A DNA stretch of 59,893 nt, filler included, from Sluysia triapertura (taxonomy: Eukaryota), in NCBI GenBank assembly GCA_046118255.1. It is 5 parts of 5 records of this genome, joined end to end, with 100 filler letters (N's around TTAATTAATTAA, not from the genome) between each part and the next. Parts side by side here need not be neighbours in the genome. Positions count along the whole stretch, not along the records: positions 1 to 11,540 come from JBJNIA010183524.1; positions 11,641 to 24,155 come from JBJNIA010101990.1; 3 more parts are not named here. One strand, given 5' to 3'. The position numbers were made by a program, and so were the translations under genes. The notes under the pieces are model-generated. The model did no database searches. It was given only the letters and a program-made list of their open reading frames with translations, and was not told the DNA's origin. Positions 1 through 13,057 of the stretch are shown one piece after another. The stretch's first letter is position 1; the number at the start of each line of letters is the position of its first letter.

Positions 1-4
1 GTTA

Positions 5-37
5 GTAAGCCCAATACGTTGGTGAACTCACTATTTA
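5..37. repeat. Dispersed repeat fragment, copy of 25240-25273
   Basis: GTAAGCCCAATACGTTGGTGAACTCACTATTTA aligns to GTAAGCCTAGATACGTTGGTGGATTCACTATTTA at 25240-25273. Confidence 0.7.
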
Positions 38-2892
38 TCTTAAGTTTTATTCTACACACTTTCCATAAATTCTTGCATTTTTAAAAAATTAATTAAATAT
101 TTTGTTTCTGAGTTTTTTCATTTATTAAAATATTTTTAAAGCTTATTCAGCATCATTTTGAATATTTATAAAATAAGTATTTATAATATTTATATTTATA
201 TATTTAAAAAAGGATAAAACTAAAAATAAATTTGCTCAATAAAATGATGTATAAATATTAATAAAAATAAAGATAACATAAAAATAAAATTGTAATATTT
301 GTTTTTAAATCTGAACAAAATGTTTAAATGTACATTTAAAAAGGAAAAATTTATTTAAATTAATTAAACATAGAGTCCAAATTAAATACAACATTTTTGA
401 ATATCACAAATTTAACAACAAATAAAAAATACAAAGAAAATTATATATTTGTATTTTGATTGAAACATATTGTTATTTTATGATTTCATTGAATAATTTT
501 AAACAATGTTAAACAAAATTTATGTTGCTTTAAACGATTTATTATCATAAATGTAGTTATAAATTTTTATAAAATTATTTCAAATTGTTTACAAATTTTT
601 ACCAATCTAACATTATAATAAAAGTTATGTTATTAAATTTAAGATATGTTGTTAATGACATTTTGTTAAACATTTATTTCGTAAAATAATCTTTTTTAAA
701 CTAAATTTAAAGTAATATTCAATGAATTTAAAAAACAAAATAGACAAAACAAAATTACAGAAGATGAAATTAACTTACATTTTCATATATAGATAATTAT
801 ATTACAATATTAATTTTATATAAAAGAAAAGTTAGAATTATTTGTATTTCTGTATTTCTATATACATAATACAAGGATATGTTTATATAAATTATATGTT
901 CCATTTTTAAAATTATTTATATATTTATATAACTTTTTAAAAATTTTAATGTTTTTCAGCAATTTTACTTTTATTCTGTTATTAAATATTTTAAGTTAAC
1001 TTTTACTTTCCAATAAATAGATTAATAGTTCTATTATAAAACAAAATTGATAGTTTCAAAACATTCATCGTTAAGCCTTCTATATATCGTGGTTGAATTT
1101 TACATTTGCAACGTTCTACCTTCATCTGCTATTATGCCCCTTTTTTCCACTAATATCTGATCATAAATTATTTTTCAATTTTAGCAACCTACATTTTATT
1201 GAAATTTTAAAAGCTCAATTAAATTAAATAAACAAATGAAGCATTAAAACAAAATATGCAATATCATCTTTAAAACGATAACAGGTTGAATATTTCTGTT
1301 ATATTAATTTAAAAATTACTTATGACACAATCTAATACAATCTAATACATTTAGTTTTAATGATTTAATTTTAGTTGTGTCATTCCGAGTCTGTCTTGAA
1401 TTAACTTGGTAGGAGTTTCTAAAAAGATAAAAATAATGTAAGTTTTAATGATATAAATAAAATTAATGATCAAGTTAAGTTCAATAATTACTTTTAAATA
1501 ACAATGGCCGGTGGTATTGAGTGGATTTGTGTTGAATGATGATATCAACTGCTTTACTCAATTGATATGGTCAGTTAAGTTCGAAATCCAAGAGATGTCG
1601 TCAGAAAATCCGGATACGTTGTGCACATACTGACACTGCTTGACATATCTTACACATTTTCCATCTCGAGTTGTTGAATACAACTTCACAAGCCTAACTT
1701 CATAAATCGAGATTTATCGTGTAAGTCCGATGAGATTAGTGGCGTTATGTTGGCGTCCACTCATTTATAGAATATTCTTGATATAGCTTTTATTTTGGGG
1801 CTGAGTTCACCAAAATTATTATTTAGAATTCAAAACTGTGTTCGTTAAGTTTATATATTATCGTAACTTTAATTAATTTATCTATTGTATCGCCAACTTT
1901 ATACTTATGTCAAAAGTTCTTTGTACCAGTCTTGTAAATAATAGTTTTTATAAGATGGAAATGAATTACTGAGATTTTCAAATATGACAAAAATAACACC
2001 AAGTTATATTTTATATAACAGTAACATAAATATTAAATAACACTTGTATAAAAAGAGAAAGGTTAACTTCAAATTATCTCTCACACTTATTTCGTTTGAA
2101 AGTTAACTTTATTGGAAATTTTAATGAAATAGATATTTATTTAATTTATTCACAATTTAATTATTAAACACACTAGAAGCAAAACCAATCGAATCGTAAC
2201 TTTTATTCCTGTAAGGTTTCCTAATTAAAAATTAGATAAAATTTTTACACTAATATAAATTTAATGTTCATCAATTATCAAAATCTGAATTTAAGGCCAG
2301 ATACACTTAATGCTATATGCATATTTACTACGTTTATTTCTAGTGTAATTAGTAAACTTTTTTGTATAATAAAACGTTCTTTTGGTAATTGTTTTGAGTA
2401 TTTATTGATAATAAAAATAATTTCAAATAAAGAATCTCTAGTGACTTTATTATTTGAAAGCGCAAAATAAGTACTATCTAATTTCAATATCATGGAAGAT
2501 CCAAAAGATTAACAAATAGACATTGTGATTTTACATAAGTAACCTATGCGGTAAAAAAAATTAATTAAGTAATACTGAGAATTAAAAGTTTGGTCATGAT
2601 TATTAAGCTAATATTTTGATAATACTTATTAAAAGTTATTTATTCGGAAAAAATCAATATAAACAACTTGTAAAATACCCAATCAGATATTAATGAAACA
2701 TTTACTGTAAAAAAGGAAATATATTCATAAAAGAATACGTACTAAAAACTACATTAATATTGACAAATTTTATATGCACACCCTCGAATTATTATACATT
2801 GCGTAGACAATATCTTTATTTTGTTTATATATGCGAATCATAAGTTGAACATTATTTTGTAAGCAGTTTTACAATGAAACACCTGAAAAATT

Positions 2893-4000
2893 TGGTGTCA
2901 CAGTAGGAACCCATATAAGTTGCAAAAGTTAAAAGTTTTCACTTATAGTCTCCTATTTTAAAGTTAATAAATTTAAGTTTTAGAAGTTAAGTTTTTAGCC
3001 TTTGAGTTTTTCGATTATTAATTTTGTGACATAGAGGTTAAATTACCCAAGTTACTTATTATAAATACATGTCGATAATATATGTTTGATATTTTATTTC
3101 CCGAATAATTAATAAGATACATAAATAATTTATAAGTCTTATTTAATAAATTTCAAGTTTTTAAATAAGTTAAGTATTTATAAGAATGCATATTTTCACT
3201 GTAAGCTATAAATTATATTTTTCTAAGTATGTTGAAATTTAAGTTACGTCTAAACCCCTTAATTTAAGTTGTAAGTTACGTTACAAATTCTGTAATTTGA
3301 TTCAAGTTTTAAGGAATTGATCCTTAAGTTTATACAAGATTAGATAAATTTATATAAGTTTTATTACATTTTAGTCAATAAGTTTAAAGAATAGATAATA
3401 AAAAAGGCTAGAATTCTTAAGACAAGAAATAGATATAATTAATTGGAAAACACTTATTAAAATGAATGCTTGTATGATGAAATTTGCTCGGAACATAAAA
3501 TCTAATCTAAGACTCCCAGAAATGAGTAAGTAAGAACCATTTCTTATTTGAGTACGACAGTGTAGAAGAATTATTTTACTAGAGTAGCAATTCAAACAAG
3601 AAATGTACAGTACAAAAAAACAAAACTGGAACACTTTCATTAATACATTTATGAAAAGAATTATGACAAGAAAATGTTATGCGAAAATGTTAGAAAATAA
3701 AAGCCTCTTAAAAGTTTGGTGGCTAGATCACAAATCCCGGAAGAAAAGTCAAAACTTTAATGGACAAATTTAAAAGTGGGTTACTCCTCGAATTATGAAT
3801 TTGTTATGTTAATAAATAATCAGTCATTTAAGGAAATAGTTAAGAAATTAAGAAGAATCGAGAGATTTCTTGCGAAGATAAAGATAAAATAAGTTCTATA
3901 CGTAATAATCGTTTTAAAAGAGATAAAAGCTCAGGATATAATTTAGGAGGTGAATAATTATGAAGAAAATGCAAAACATTTCGGTCCATGAAGAAATGAC
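2893..4000 (+). mobile_element. Decayed LTR (Gypsy-like) retrotransposon 5' region: PBS-like site, AAGTT-rich leader, gag remnant
   Basis: TGGTGTCACAGTAGGA at 2893 resembles the tRNA-Leu PBS TGGTGTCAGAAGTGGGA. About 3760-3880 translates MDKFKSGLLLEL*...SFKEIVKKLRRIE (gag F..GL..L-like) with stops. Confidence 0.45.
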
Positions 4001-4739
4001 AATTTAAAATTTAAATTTTGAGGAATTAACTTTACAACAGCGTTATTCGATAAATTAGGGAGGATGAAAAACTAACGAAGATAATATATAAAAGTTTTAT
4101 AGTCATAACATTTCATAGTATAAGAGATTGAATCACAGAAAACAGTAAAATTACTTTGACTCTTACTTTGATCTTTTTTGCAATCTGATCAAATGAGATG
4201 TGACAAAAGCTGCAGGCTTTAATTGACATTTTCGATGTCCAGTTTAATTTCACTTGTTTTACATGTTATATTTATTAGCTTTAGTACAATTGCATCGACT
4301 CTAGCTGGGGCTTGAACTTTTTGATTACGAATAATTTCATGTATGTCACGCAAATCTCCATTCGTCATTATATTTTCAACATTTCCACAAATATAAGGAA
4401 CCATTTTCATACAACCAACATTCTTTAGATGATTTAATACTCTTAAAGGTCTTCGAACATTTTGTAATTGGTCGCTGGTAGCATTATCGACAAGCGGTTT
4501 ATTGATCGGAATTAAGTAGTACTATCTACCAACTATGGCAAAAGTAGTATTTTATATTATATTATCTCGCACACTGCAATTCATTCTACTATTGCTATCT
4601 CTTCCATAATTATTTGAGTGTTTTTTTAGAAATTTCACAGTTGTAAAAACTGTCTATTTTTAAGTTTTAAGGATTTTTTTTGTTGGTGTGCTAAGTCTAT
4701 GTGCGACTGTATATATGTTTAATATTTTGAGTGTTAATT

Positions 4740-6400
4740 GCGGTGTTTTGTTTATTTGTTTCGGATTATTTATTGGAAATTTTAAATGATAAGTTTGAAT
4801 CACTACAGCAAGAATTTCATAGAATAATTTTAGATGATAATTACGGTAATGAAAGAAAAAATAGATACAGAAGAAAACAAAAGATGAGGATGGAACATTT
4901 ATTAATTATTTATACGAATATTTTCTAAATATTTTAAAGAAGGAAGAATAAAAGTAAAAAAGAAAACCGGATTGTTTAAAGGAAATCAATAAGATGCATA
5001 AATTCTTGCAAATATACAAGAAAAGGTCGAAAAAATCATACAAAAATAGGACACACAAGTTAGAAAACATTTTTTCAAAGACTAGTGAAGAAATCGAACC
5101 AAGAAATGATAAAATGGAGAAAATAATTAATTGTAATTGATAATAAAGAATCTAATTCAAGGATTACAGTTATCCTTTGGGAATCATAGTAAAGCATTAA
5201 AAACTACTGTTGTTATGCAGTTCAGAATAAACCAGTTAGTTGTAGATAGAGATAACCTTTATAATAATGCTGATTTGTAAAACAATTAATGCACAATAAT
5301 GTTATAGAAAATGGCAGTATTCATATTGTAGAAAAACATGATATATAATTGACGTTAATAATAATCAACATAGGCAAAGTAGTGTTAAAGATACTAATAC
5401 AATTAGAAGAAGACTTGAACGTCCGAGAAAAGTGAATGTAATAATAAACTAGCAACTCCAAATCCTATTCATAGAAACTCTATTGATTTAACTAAATCAC
5501 ATATAAAAATGCAGATTATAAAATTATTTTAGATACAAAAATTATGCGATAAATTTTCGTAAATATAAGAAAATACTGTCTAAAATACGTACTAAAAATA
5601 ACGAGACAGATGTAGGAAAAATATAAAAACAAAGAAGATAGTGATTATATAAATAACAGCCATTAAAAATTAATGATAAATAAAAGAAATTAATGTAAGT
5701 TTAAGTAACGAAAGACTTAAAATAATATTACCTTACATTGTATTTCATTGGGGTAAGGCAAAATTATTGACAAGGGAAAACATCGAGTTTAATGACAAAA
5801 AGTTTAAACTATGGATTGACAAACAAGTAGGTTGGTGAAACATAATAAATAGAAAGATACTGAACATAAACATTTCAAGATTAAGTAAGTCGACAAATAA
5901 CATGTTTTTCATAATAATATTATTAACTATGTTTAGAATAAATGAAACCAATGGCATAAAGGTTTTTGGTTGTAGTCAAACACTTTATTTAGACCAAACC
6001 GAATTCCAATTAAAGATACAAAAATTTTAATCGTTTGCTACGTTATTTAGAAAATGCGCAGTTCAGAGATCAGTGGCTACTTGGTATTATGTACACCACA
6101 TGAATTCTTCAATAATAGAATTATCATATGTATTAAAACCTTTCAAAATTTTACCTAATAATTATAGAGACACTTTGAAACTGCTTATGTAAGTTTAAAT
6201 TAAGAATAAGACATAATGAAAAAACAATTTATAATTTCATGAACGCCGGCAATGTATTGTTGAACTTCACATGCGTGCAATGTACATGCAATACGAAAAT
6301 AAAAACTAACATAATAGTACAGCACATTAGACCTATGTTATAATTTTAAAAAGTTTTGATACATAAAATGTGTTACAATGTCACGATCATTCTGTAGCAT
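4740..6400 (+). mobile_element. Decayed Gypsy-like retrotransposon (gag and integrase remnants)
   Basis: About 4870 RKQK(D)EDGTFINY is retrotransposon-gag-like. About 5730-5830 VFHWGKAKLLTRENIEFNDKKFKLWIDKQ resembles the integrase core FGxPxxLxTDNGxEFxNxxF. About 6040-6110 LRYLENAQFRDQWLLG / CTPHEFF. Many stops and frameshifts. Confidence 0.5.
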
Positions 6401-7348
6401 CAATCAAATTATTTGTGATACAGGGGAATCGACTTCAATGTTTACTTTTAAGATTTTTAAAATAAGATTTAATTTAGTATCTGATTTCGTATAGCAATAG
6501 AATGATGAATTACCAATAGAAGAAATAAATCGAAAATAAATAAAGAAAGAAAATCCAGATTCATTATAAAGAAAAAGACTAAATGAAATTGTAACTCCAA
6601 CAATAAGGATGAAGAAAGTTTATCTTTAAATCCAAACGCTTAATAATTTGATCCAGTAGAAAGATTATTAAGACAAAGTACCAGAATTGATACAAAAAAT
6701 GTAGAAATTGATACAAAAAATGTAAACACTTATTTTAATAACAAATTGAATTTACTATTTCTTATTGTCAACTGAATAGAGAGATACTATGCACAAAATC
6801 ACAAATTCAGATTTAGTTTCACAACTTCTACTACTAGAAGAAGATGTATTGGGCACACACACACAAATTAAAAATTAGAGTACAAATAAGACCAGAAATA
6901 GAATGTACAAACGAATTATAGTCATGTACAGTAAAATGCAGACATACTTAAAACCACTAGTACGAATAATAATATTTCCAAGCAATAAAGTAAAATCGAA
7001 ATTTATGTAATGTTCAAATTGATGATAATTCATAGATATCACTAATGCACAGAAATAGACAAATGATCTAAAATTTTAGCAACAAATAATATTCCGTATT
7101 CAGATATTCATACAAACGACGATAATCATGCTGTCTTGCGAGAAATCTTATTTCCAATAATATATCAAAAGTGTTAACAGATATAGTAGATAATGCTTAT
7201 GAAATTAAGATGTGCTTTCTTTTTCGCTTTTATCATAATATATTATCACTAATCATAAGAATCTTTTTCACTTATTATTACCGATATCCATATTTTGATT
7301 TGAGATCTTAATTACAATTTATTTATTTTGTTTTTTAATTATTTTCAG

Positions 7349-7609
7349 ATGAACCACTCTCAGGCTATGTTAATTCTTTTTATAATTTTGGCTGGAGTAA
7401 TGTGTGGAATAGTATTAGTGGCGTGCTCATTAATTGTGTGCAGAAGAATCTACAAGTCTTGTTACAATAACAATAACAGTAACAATGCTAACACTACAGA
7501 AGAAGTATCCACAGAATTTCAAAGGCTAGATTATAATAATATTAATAATATAATAATTTTAAATGACAAAATGTTTTTTAAATATTTTTTGAAGAATAAT
7601 TGTTTTTGA
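7349..7609 (+). CDS. Small single-pass membrane protein exon/ORF, function unknown
   Basis: T-rich tract + TTTTCAG acceptor directly before ATG. Encodes MNHSQAM-LILFIILAGVMCGIVLVACSLIVC-RRIYK (hydrophobic helix then basic residues). The 3' part drifts into AAT-rich sequence, so the true end is uncertain. Confidence 0.4.
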   Translation: MNHSQAMLILFIILAGVMCGIVLVACSLIVCRRIYKSCYNNNNSNNANTTEEVSTEFQRLDYNNINNIIILNDKMFFKYFLKNNCF

Positions 7610-9197
7610 ATAAATTCCTGCATAAGAGTCATTATTTTAACATGACGCACGAATTATTTTCGGTAAATTAATAACGATAAATCATTTATTGGTATTGGAA
7701 ATTATATATTTATATTATAAAAGAAGTTATTTAAAGAATTTTTAATCAGTAAATATTTGGAAACTATTTTACGATTAATAAACAATGTTTTGATTTTTAA
7801 AAGTAGTAATAAGTAGAAAAATATTACTGATATTTCCAAGTTTGGAAAAATCATATAGACCAATAATTGTTAGTGAAAATTCAATTAAAATTTTGAGAAT
7901 TTTAAGGATTTGGTCTTTCTTTGTCCAGGAAAAAATTTTTTAAAGATGCTAATAGATAGACAAAGACAAATAAAAATTAAGTCACAGATAATACAGAACT
8001 GAAAATGATACTCAAACTATGAAATATTATTGAAGATTTATTTTACACAACTTTCAATTTTCTATTTGTTAGCGAAAATGTAATACTTTATGATATTGTC
8101 ATAATGTACAATGATGTAATGTTTTATTTATTACATTATTTATTATAGCACATTTGACTTTAATTTTGTTATAATGTTTTTAATTACGATTGTTGCAATT
8201 GAACAGATTTAATAAATTTTAAAATTTAATTATTCAAAATTAAATTAAAAAAGATAATAATAATAATAATAATAACAATAATAATAATAATAATTTTAAA
8301 TAGTAAGAATCAATAATAGTTTAAAAGTACAAAATCAGGCCATGAATATTTAATTATAAATATCACTGTTATCACACAACAATGGCATAAATTAAATGAA
8401 AAAAAAATTTTAGACGATTTTTAGATTTTGTGAAAAATATATCATCATATTCAATCCATTCAAAAACTATTTGTTATTCACTATTATTGGAAAGCAAACT
8501 TTTGACAAATTTTGAGAAAAATATACCAAATTGCAAATATCACTAATTTAATATTTTTAAATCGATAATTTTAAAAAGTCATGAAAATTTACTCAAATTT
8601 TTATTTATTTGAAATTTCTCTAATGACCTTTTAAATTGGTCAATTTAAACCATCATTAAATCTGATTTAAGAAAATCTGTTTTTTAATTTATTTTTTATT
8701 ATTATAAGAATTTAGTGCATGTTTAAATGTATTAATTTGAATTTATTTTGTATTGAATTAAGTATTGAATTTTGTATTGCTATTAAGTAAATTACGAATT
8801 GTCATAATCATAGTCAAGATTATAGATCATCTTGAGTAATAGTATTATGTGACATTATTTTTAATCATCCTAAATTCATGTACATTACATTTAATGGATT
8901 TTTGATTTTTCGGTTTTTAAGAGCGATTAATAAAATTATCATCTTTCGATAGGTTCTGTTTAAATAGAACCGAAAGTAAAAATATTGTTGTAATTAATCT
9001 CGCTCTAAAGCGGAAATTGAACCTATTATATAAGTTAATATATATAAATTTTACTAAACTCGCTTAAAAGCGGAACTTGAATTTATAAGCCGTTTATTCT
9101 GACTTCAATTATAATTACATTCCATAATATAATCTTAAGAGCTTGTATCTAAGATAATAATACCAATAAAGTAGTTAATCGACCTCTGTGAAGTTAC

Positions 9198-9250
9198 ATT
9201 CTTTACAAATCCTACGGACTAACCGTTTCTTGTAAGTGTAGGATCGTAGG
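9198..9250. repeat. Dispersed repeat, copy of 26713-26765
   Basis: Shared ATTCTTTA..AATC.TACGGACTA.CC...GTAAG..TAGGATCGTAGG; both copies are later followed by ATCGGTACTAG. Confidence 0.65.
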
Positions 9251-10720
9251 TTAATTCATAACATTAAAATCATTTATTGGTAAGTTAAGTCTAAGTTAGG
9301 TATTCTTTTCTTCTTAAGCAAACACTTACCATTATATAAAAAACAATAAAATCGGTACTAGTAATTCTAATAATTTTTAAATAGTAATGGCATATTAACT
9401 AAACAAATAAATTAAATAGATTTTAATGCCTATATAAAATCTAATATTTGTTTTACCTAGATCCTGATGTCTATGTTGTAAAATAAAATAATATAAAAGC
9501 ATTATAAATTATATTAATTGAAAATAAATTTAACGAAAACTTGAAGTTTACCCAACATTAATTATAAAACTCAATCGTACTAAAGCGTTTTATTTCGTAC
9601 ATCATTAACAATCTATTTGGGTAACTATCAAAAACATATTTTGGAAGCCTCTGGGGTATTTTACCTATAATGCAGTTGTCTCATCCATGTGGCATAAATT
9701 TAGTGTGAATATGACGATTAATGAAACCTTTGGAATTTCTAATCGTAAGTTTATTATGATAAGTTTTTCTTTGCTTAAATTACAATTATTTACACTCATT
9801 TAAAGTAGTTTCAATCTACCATTAAAATACATAAAACTTTAGTTTATGGATATTAAGTAAAACTTAACATTGCTAATTTTATTATTTGTATTATTCGTTT
9901 TAGTCTATTTTATTGTACATTTTATAATAGTAAAATGTTATTTGCTTTTAGAAAAGTAAAAAATAAGAGTTGTTCGAAAATTTAAACAGATTTCCGTTTC
10001 CTTAAGCAACAATAATCTGGTAATACAATTTCATTTAAATGAATTGTTATCTTTTTGCCTTGAAATATCGTTCAGACTATCGAGCTATAGTTTTTATCGT
10101 AGATAATAAGGTTTGGCTCATTCACAAATTACCGTTAATTTAATTTTATCATTAATTTTATAATCGCAATGTACATAATCAGTTAGCATAAATTAGGCAG
10201 AGTTATAAAGAAGAAATACTTTCAGAGTTTAGTTTAAATCAATTAATTAACTTAAAATTATCTTCAATAATAAATTCTATATAAATGCCTAGCGCTAAGT
10301 TATAAGACATTCACTATAGACATTCCTTTCCTATTTGCATAGGTGTTAAGAAGACATTCCTAAAGAAACATACTCAAAAATATATAAAATTAATGATTTA
10401 TTTTAAGAAAATTTTTAATTTATTTAAGAAGCATTGTCACAATTTTATTTATGTTTAATTGAACAAATAAACAATTCTGATTTTAAATTAAATTTATTAT
10501 ACTTTATCTTAATTAATTCATAAAATAATTACTGCAAAATTGAAATATAAATTAATATTAATTTAATTTAGATTACAATGTTTGTTATCATTGTGTTTTT
10601 ATTTAGATAATTAATAATAAAATGTTATAATAAATTTATATTTGTTTATATTGAAAAAATTACGACCACTTCAAGACAATAATTTGTAATAATAAATAAC
10701 GGTAATAATAACGGTAATTA

Positions 10721-10722
<2 letters not shown>

Positions 10723-10776
<54 letters not shown>

Positions 10777-10790
10777 TAATAATAATAATA
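10723..10790. repeat. (AAT)n microsatellite
   Basis: Direct reading. Confidence 0.95.
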
Positions 10791-11468
10791 ATCATTATAT
10801 ATAATAATAATGACACTCAAGAATTAAAGAGAGCTAAAACGCCTAACAATAAGGGTTATAAAATATATAGTTTAAATTTATTCAATATCAAATAAATTTA
10901 TAATAACATGAATCATAAATCAATGTTGTATAGAACTTTATGCAAATTGGTCAAAAAATGAACTAATTCACGATCAACTGCGATTAAGTTTTTGGAGAAT
11001 TAGTTTTCCGGTGTTTTATAAAATCGTTAGCTTATTAAATTTAATATTAGATTTCTTACGGAAACGACAAATTATCGATTTAATGATCGACAATTTGGAG
11101 CTATATGTATTCTATGATGGAATTTATTTGATGTGATTGTCGAGATAATATATATCTTCGAGATATTATAGATCAATGTGGTAAGAAGAAGTATTATTAG
11201 TTAGACCAATCTGATAGATTCGAATGAAGTGATATGTGCATTTGGGTTCGTAGTAGAATCATTATTTTCAAAGTAGCAGATGAAGATGCTATAGTAACCT
11301 TTCAATTGCCACAGAGTGCATTTGATTCGCAATCGATCTATCAAAGTAATTAGGATAGCTAATAATGTGATAGAAAAAGATTGTGAAAATTTCATTCGAG
11401 AATTTACAAAGCAAAGCCATTCTAAATTTTAAACTTTTCGCCTAAATTGTTCTAGGTAATATAATTTC

Positions 11469-11470
<2 letters not shown>

Positions 11471-11540
<70 letters not shown>
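11471..11540. repeat. (ATT)n microsatellite at contig end
   Basis: Direct reading; abuts the gap. Confidence 0.95.
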
Positions 11541-11640
11541 NNNNNNNNNNNNNNNNNNNNNNNNNNNNNNNNNNNNNNNNNNNNTTAATTAATTAANNNN
11601 NNNNNNNNNNNNNNNNNNNNNNNNNNNNNNNNNNNNNNNN
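11541..11640. other. Artificial contig spacer (44N-TTAATTAATTAA-44N)
   Basis: Identical 100-nt spacer occurs four times; the 12-mer gives stops in all six frames. Confidence 0.97.
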
Positions 11641-11841
11641 ATTTCCTTTTACTCTACTCAGTCTATTTTTACTTAAATTACTTCTCACATTAAAATAACA
11701 ATCAGCAATACTATTAATATATATAAAAATAATGAATTTAATTTCACTTTTCATTATTTTTCTAATGAAAAATGTTTTAAATTATTATTCTCAAACAAAC
11801 CATTTTACAAACATTTCGAGTTCACTGTAATAAAATAAAAT

Positions 11842-11952
11842 TGTTGGACTGGGTTTATAACGCACTGGCCACAGCATCGAACTGCACAGCTGCGAAAGGA
11901 AAGGTCCTGGGTTCGATTTCCGGTTAGTCTATTTTATGCAGATGGTTCGACA
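11842..11952 (+). mobile_element. tRNA-derived short element with TG...CA inverted ends (diverged copy), followed by PBS-like TGGCGAAC
   Basis: TGTTGGAC...GTTCGACA ends; B box GGTTCGATTTC; homologous to 24256 and 34802 copies; CA-ATAAC-TGGCGAAC at 11951-11965. Confidence 0.7.
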
Positions 11953-12489
11953 ATAACTGGCGAACTTATAACAATTGATAAATACGGAAAATTGACTCTG
12001 GAATTCAAACTGATTGACTTGAGTGCAGCTTCAAACATTTAAATTCATTGTTTATAGAAACCATTGTATTAAAATTTAATTCAATATTTTCATAACAAAA
12101 ATGAACGTTACAATGGTGCTACACAATAATTATATGAATTCATTTTAATAAATCTAAACTTATATTACAGTGATTCTTAAAATCATTACCAGAAATCTCT
12201 TTTGAGTTAAATAGTCAATAAAATTAAATTAAATCTTAGGTATGTAATAATAGTACATCATTTTAGTAATAGTATAGTAATAGTATAGTAATAGTATAAC
12301 ATTTAACGCATTAATGAAAGAAATCATTCATTGTATTATTTATTCAATTATATTTTAACTTTGTAAATTTGGAAGATTGATCTGGTTTTGTCGTAGGATA
12401 ATCTACTAATACTTTATTTCCAATTTTAAAATCATGTTATTTGCTTTCTTATTATAGACATATTTGTTTGTGTTGGGATTAGTGAAGGA

Positions 12490-12705
12490 CAAAGGTAGAT
12501 ATAAGGGTCAAGACTCAGGATAACAGAATAAGTTCAACTTTATTAAAAATTAAAACGAGGTATTATGATAAACTGTAATGGTAGTATAAGTATATAAAAT
12601 ACTTAAATTAAGATAAAATAATGAGAAATATGAAGAAGTAACAATTTGCAAGGTTTTATTTGTTAAAATATTAAAGTACATTTGTTAATTAATTTAATTA
12701 AAATT
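12490..12705. repeat. Dispersed repeat, copy of ~39180-39390
   Basis: Colinear similarity including TAAGGGTCAA.ACT, ACAGAATA.GTTCAAC, AAACGAGG.ATTATGAT and TTAAAGTACATTTGTTAATTAA. Confidence 0.8.
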
Positions 12706-13057
12706 TGTTTAATTTAATAACTCAATAAAAATGTTTGCTCATGATAAAATGATATTGGATTTAGTGTGTTATATTTAGTTTTATTGCGAAGTAAGTCAAC
12801 GTAGATAACGTAAAAATTAGTTATTTTAATTAATTTTTATAATAAAGTATATATCAAATTAATGCTTCAATAGATACTAATTCAAAAATGTTATTGAACT
12901 TGACGTTAAACGTACGCACAACGTATTAATTCAGAATATTCCTGTATGAAATAAATTTATTAATTCATTTATAAATTCATTAATTTTATCGATAAATTAA
13001 GTTGACAAATTACGTTATTATTATAAAAGCAATGTAACAATGATTTTAAATATTAAG

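Noticed and set aside
1357-3640. Short F/I/L/K/N-rich ORFs in the track (here and throughout)
   Set aside because: Composition mirrors AT-rich non-coding DNA; no splice or motif support.
9461-11420. Exon-like patches (9461-9744; 10930-11420) with extracellular or lectin-like words
   Set aside because: Every frame has stops and no family motif is convincing; may be a decayed pseudogene but unsupported.
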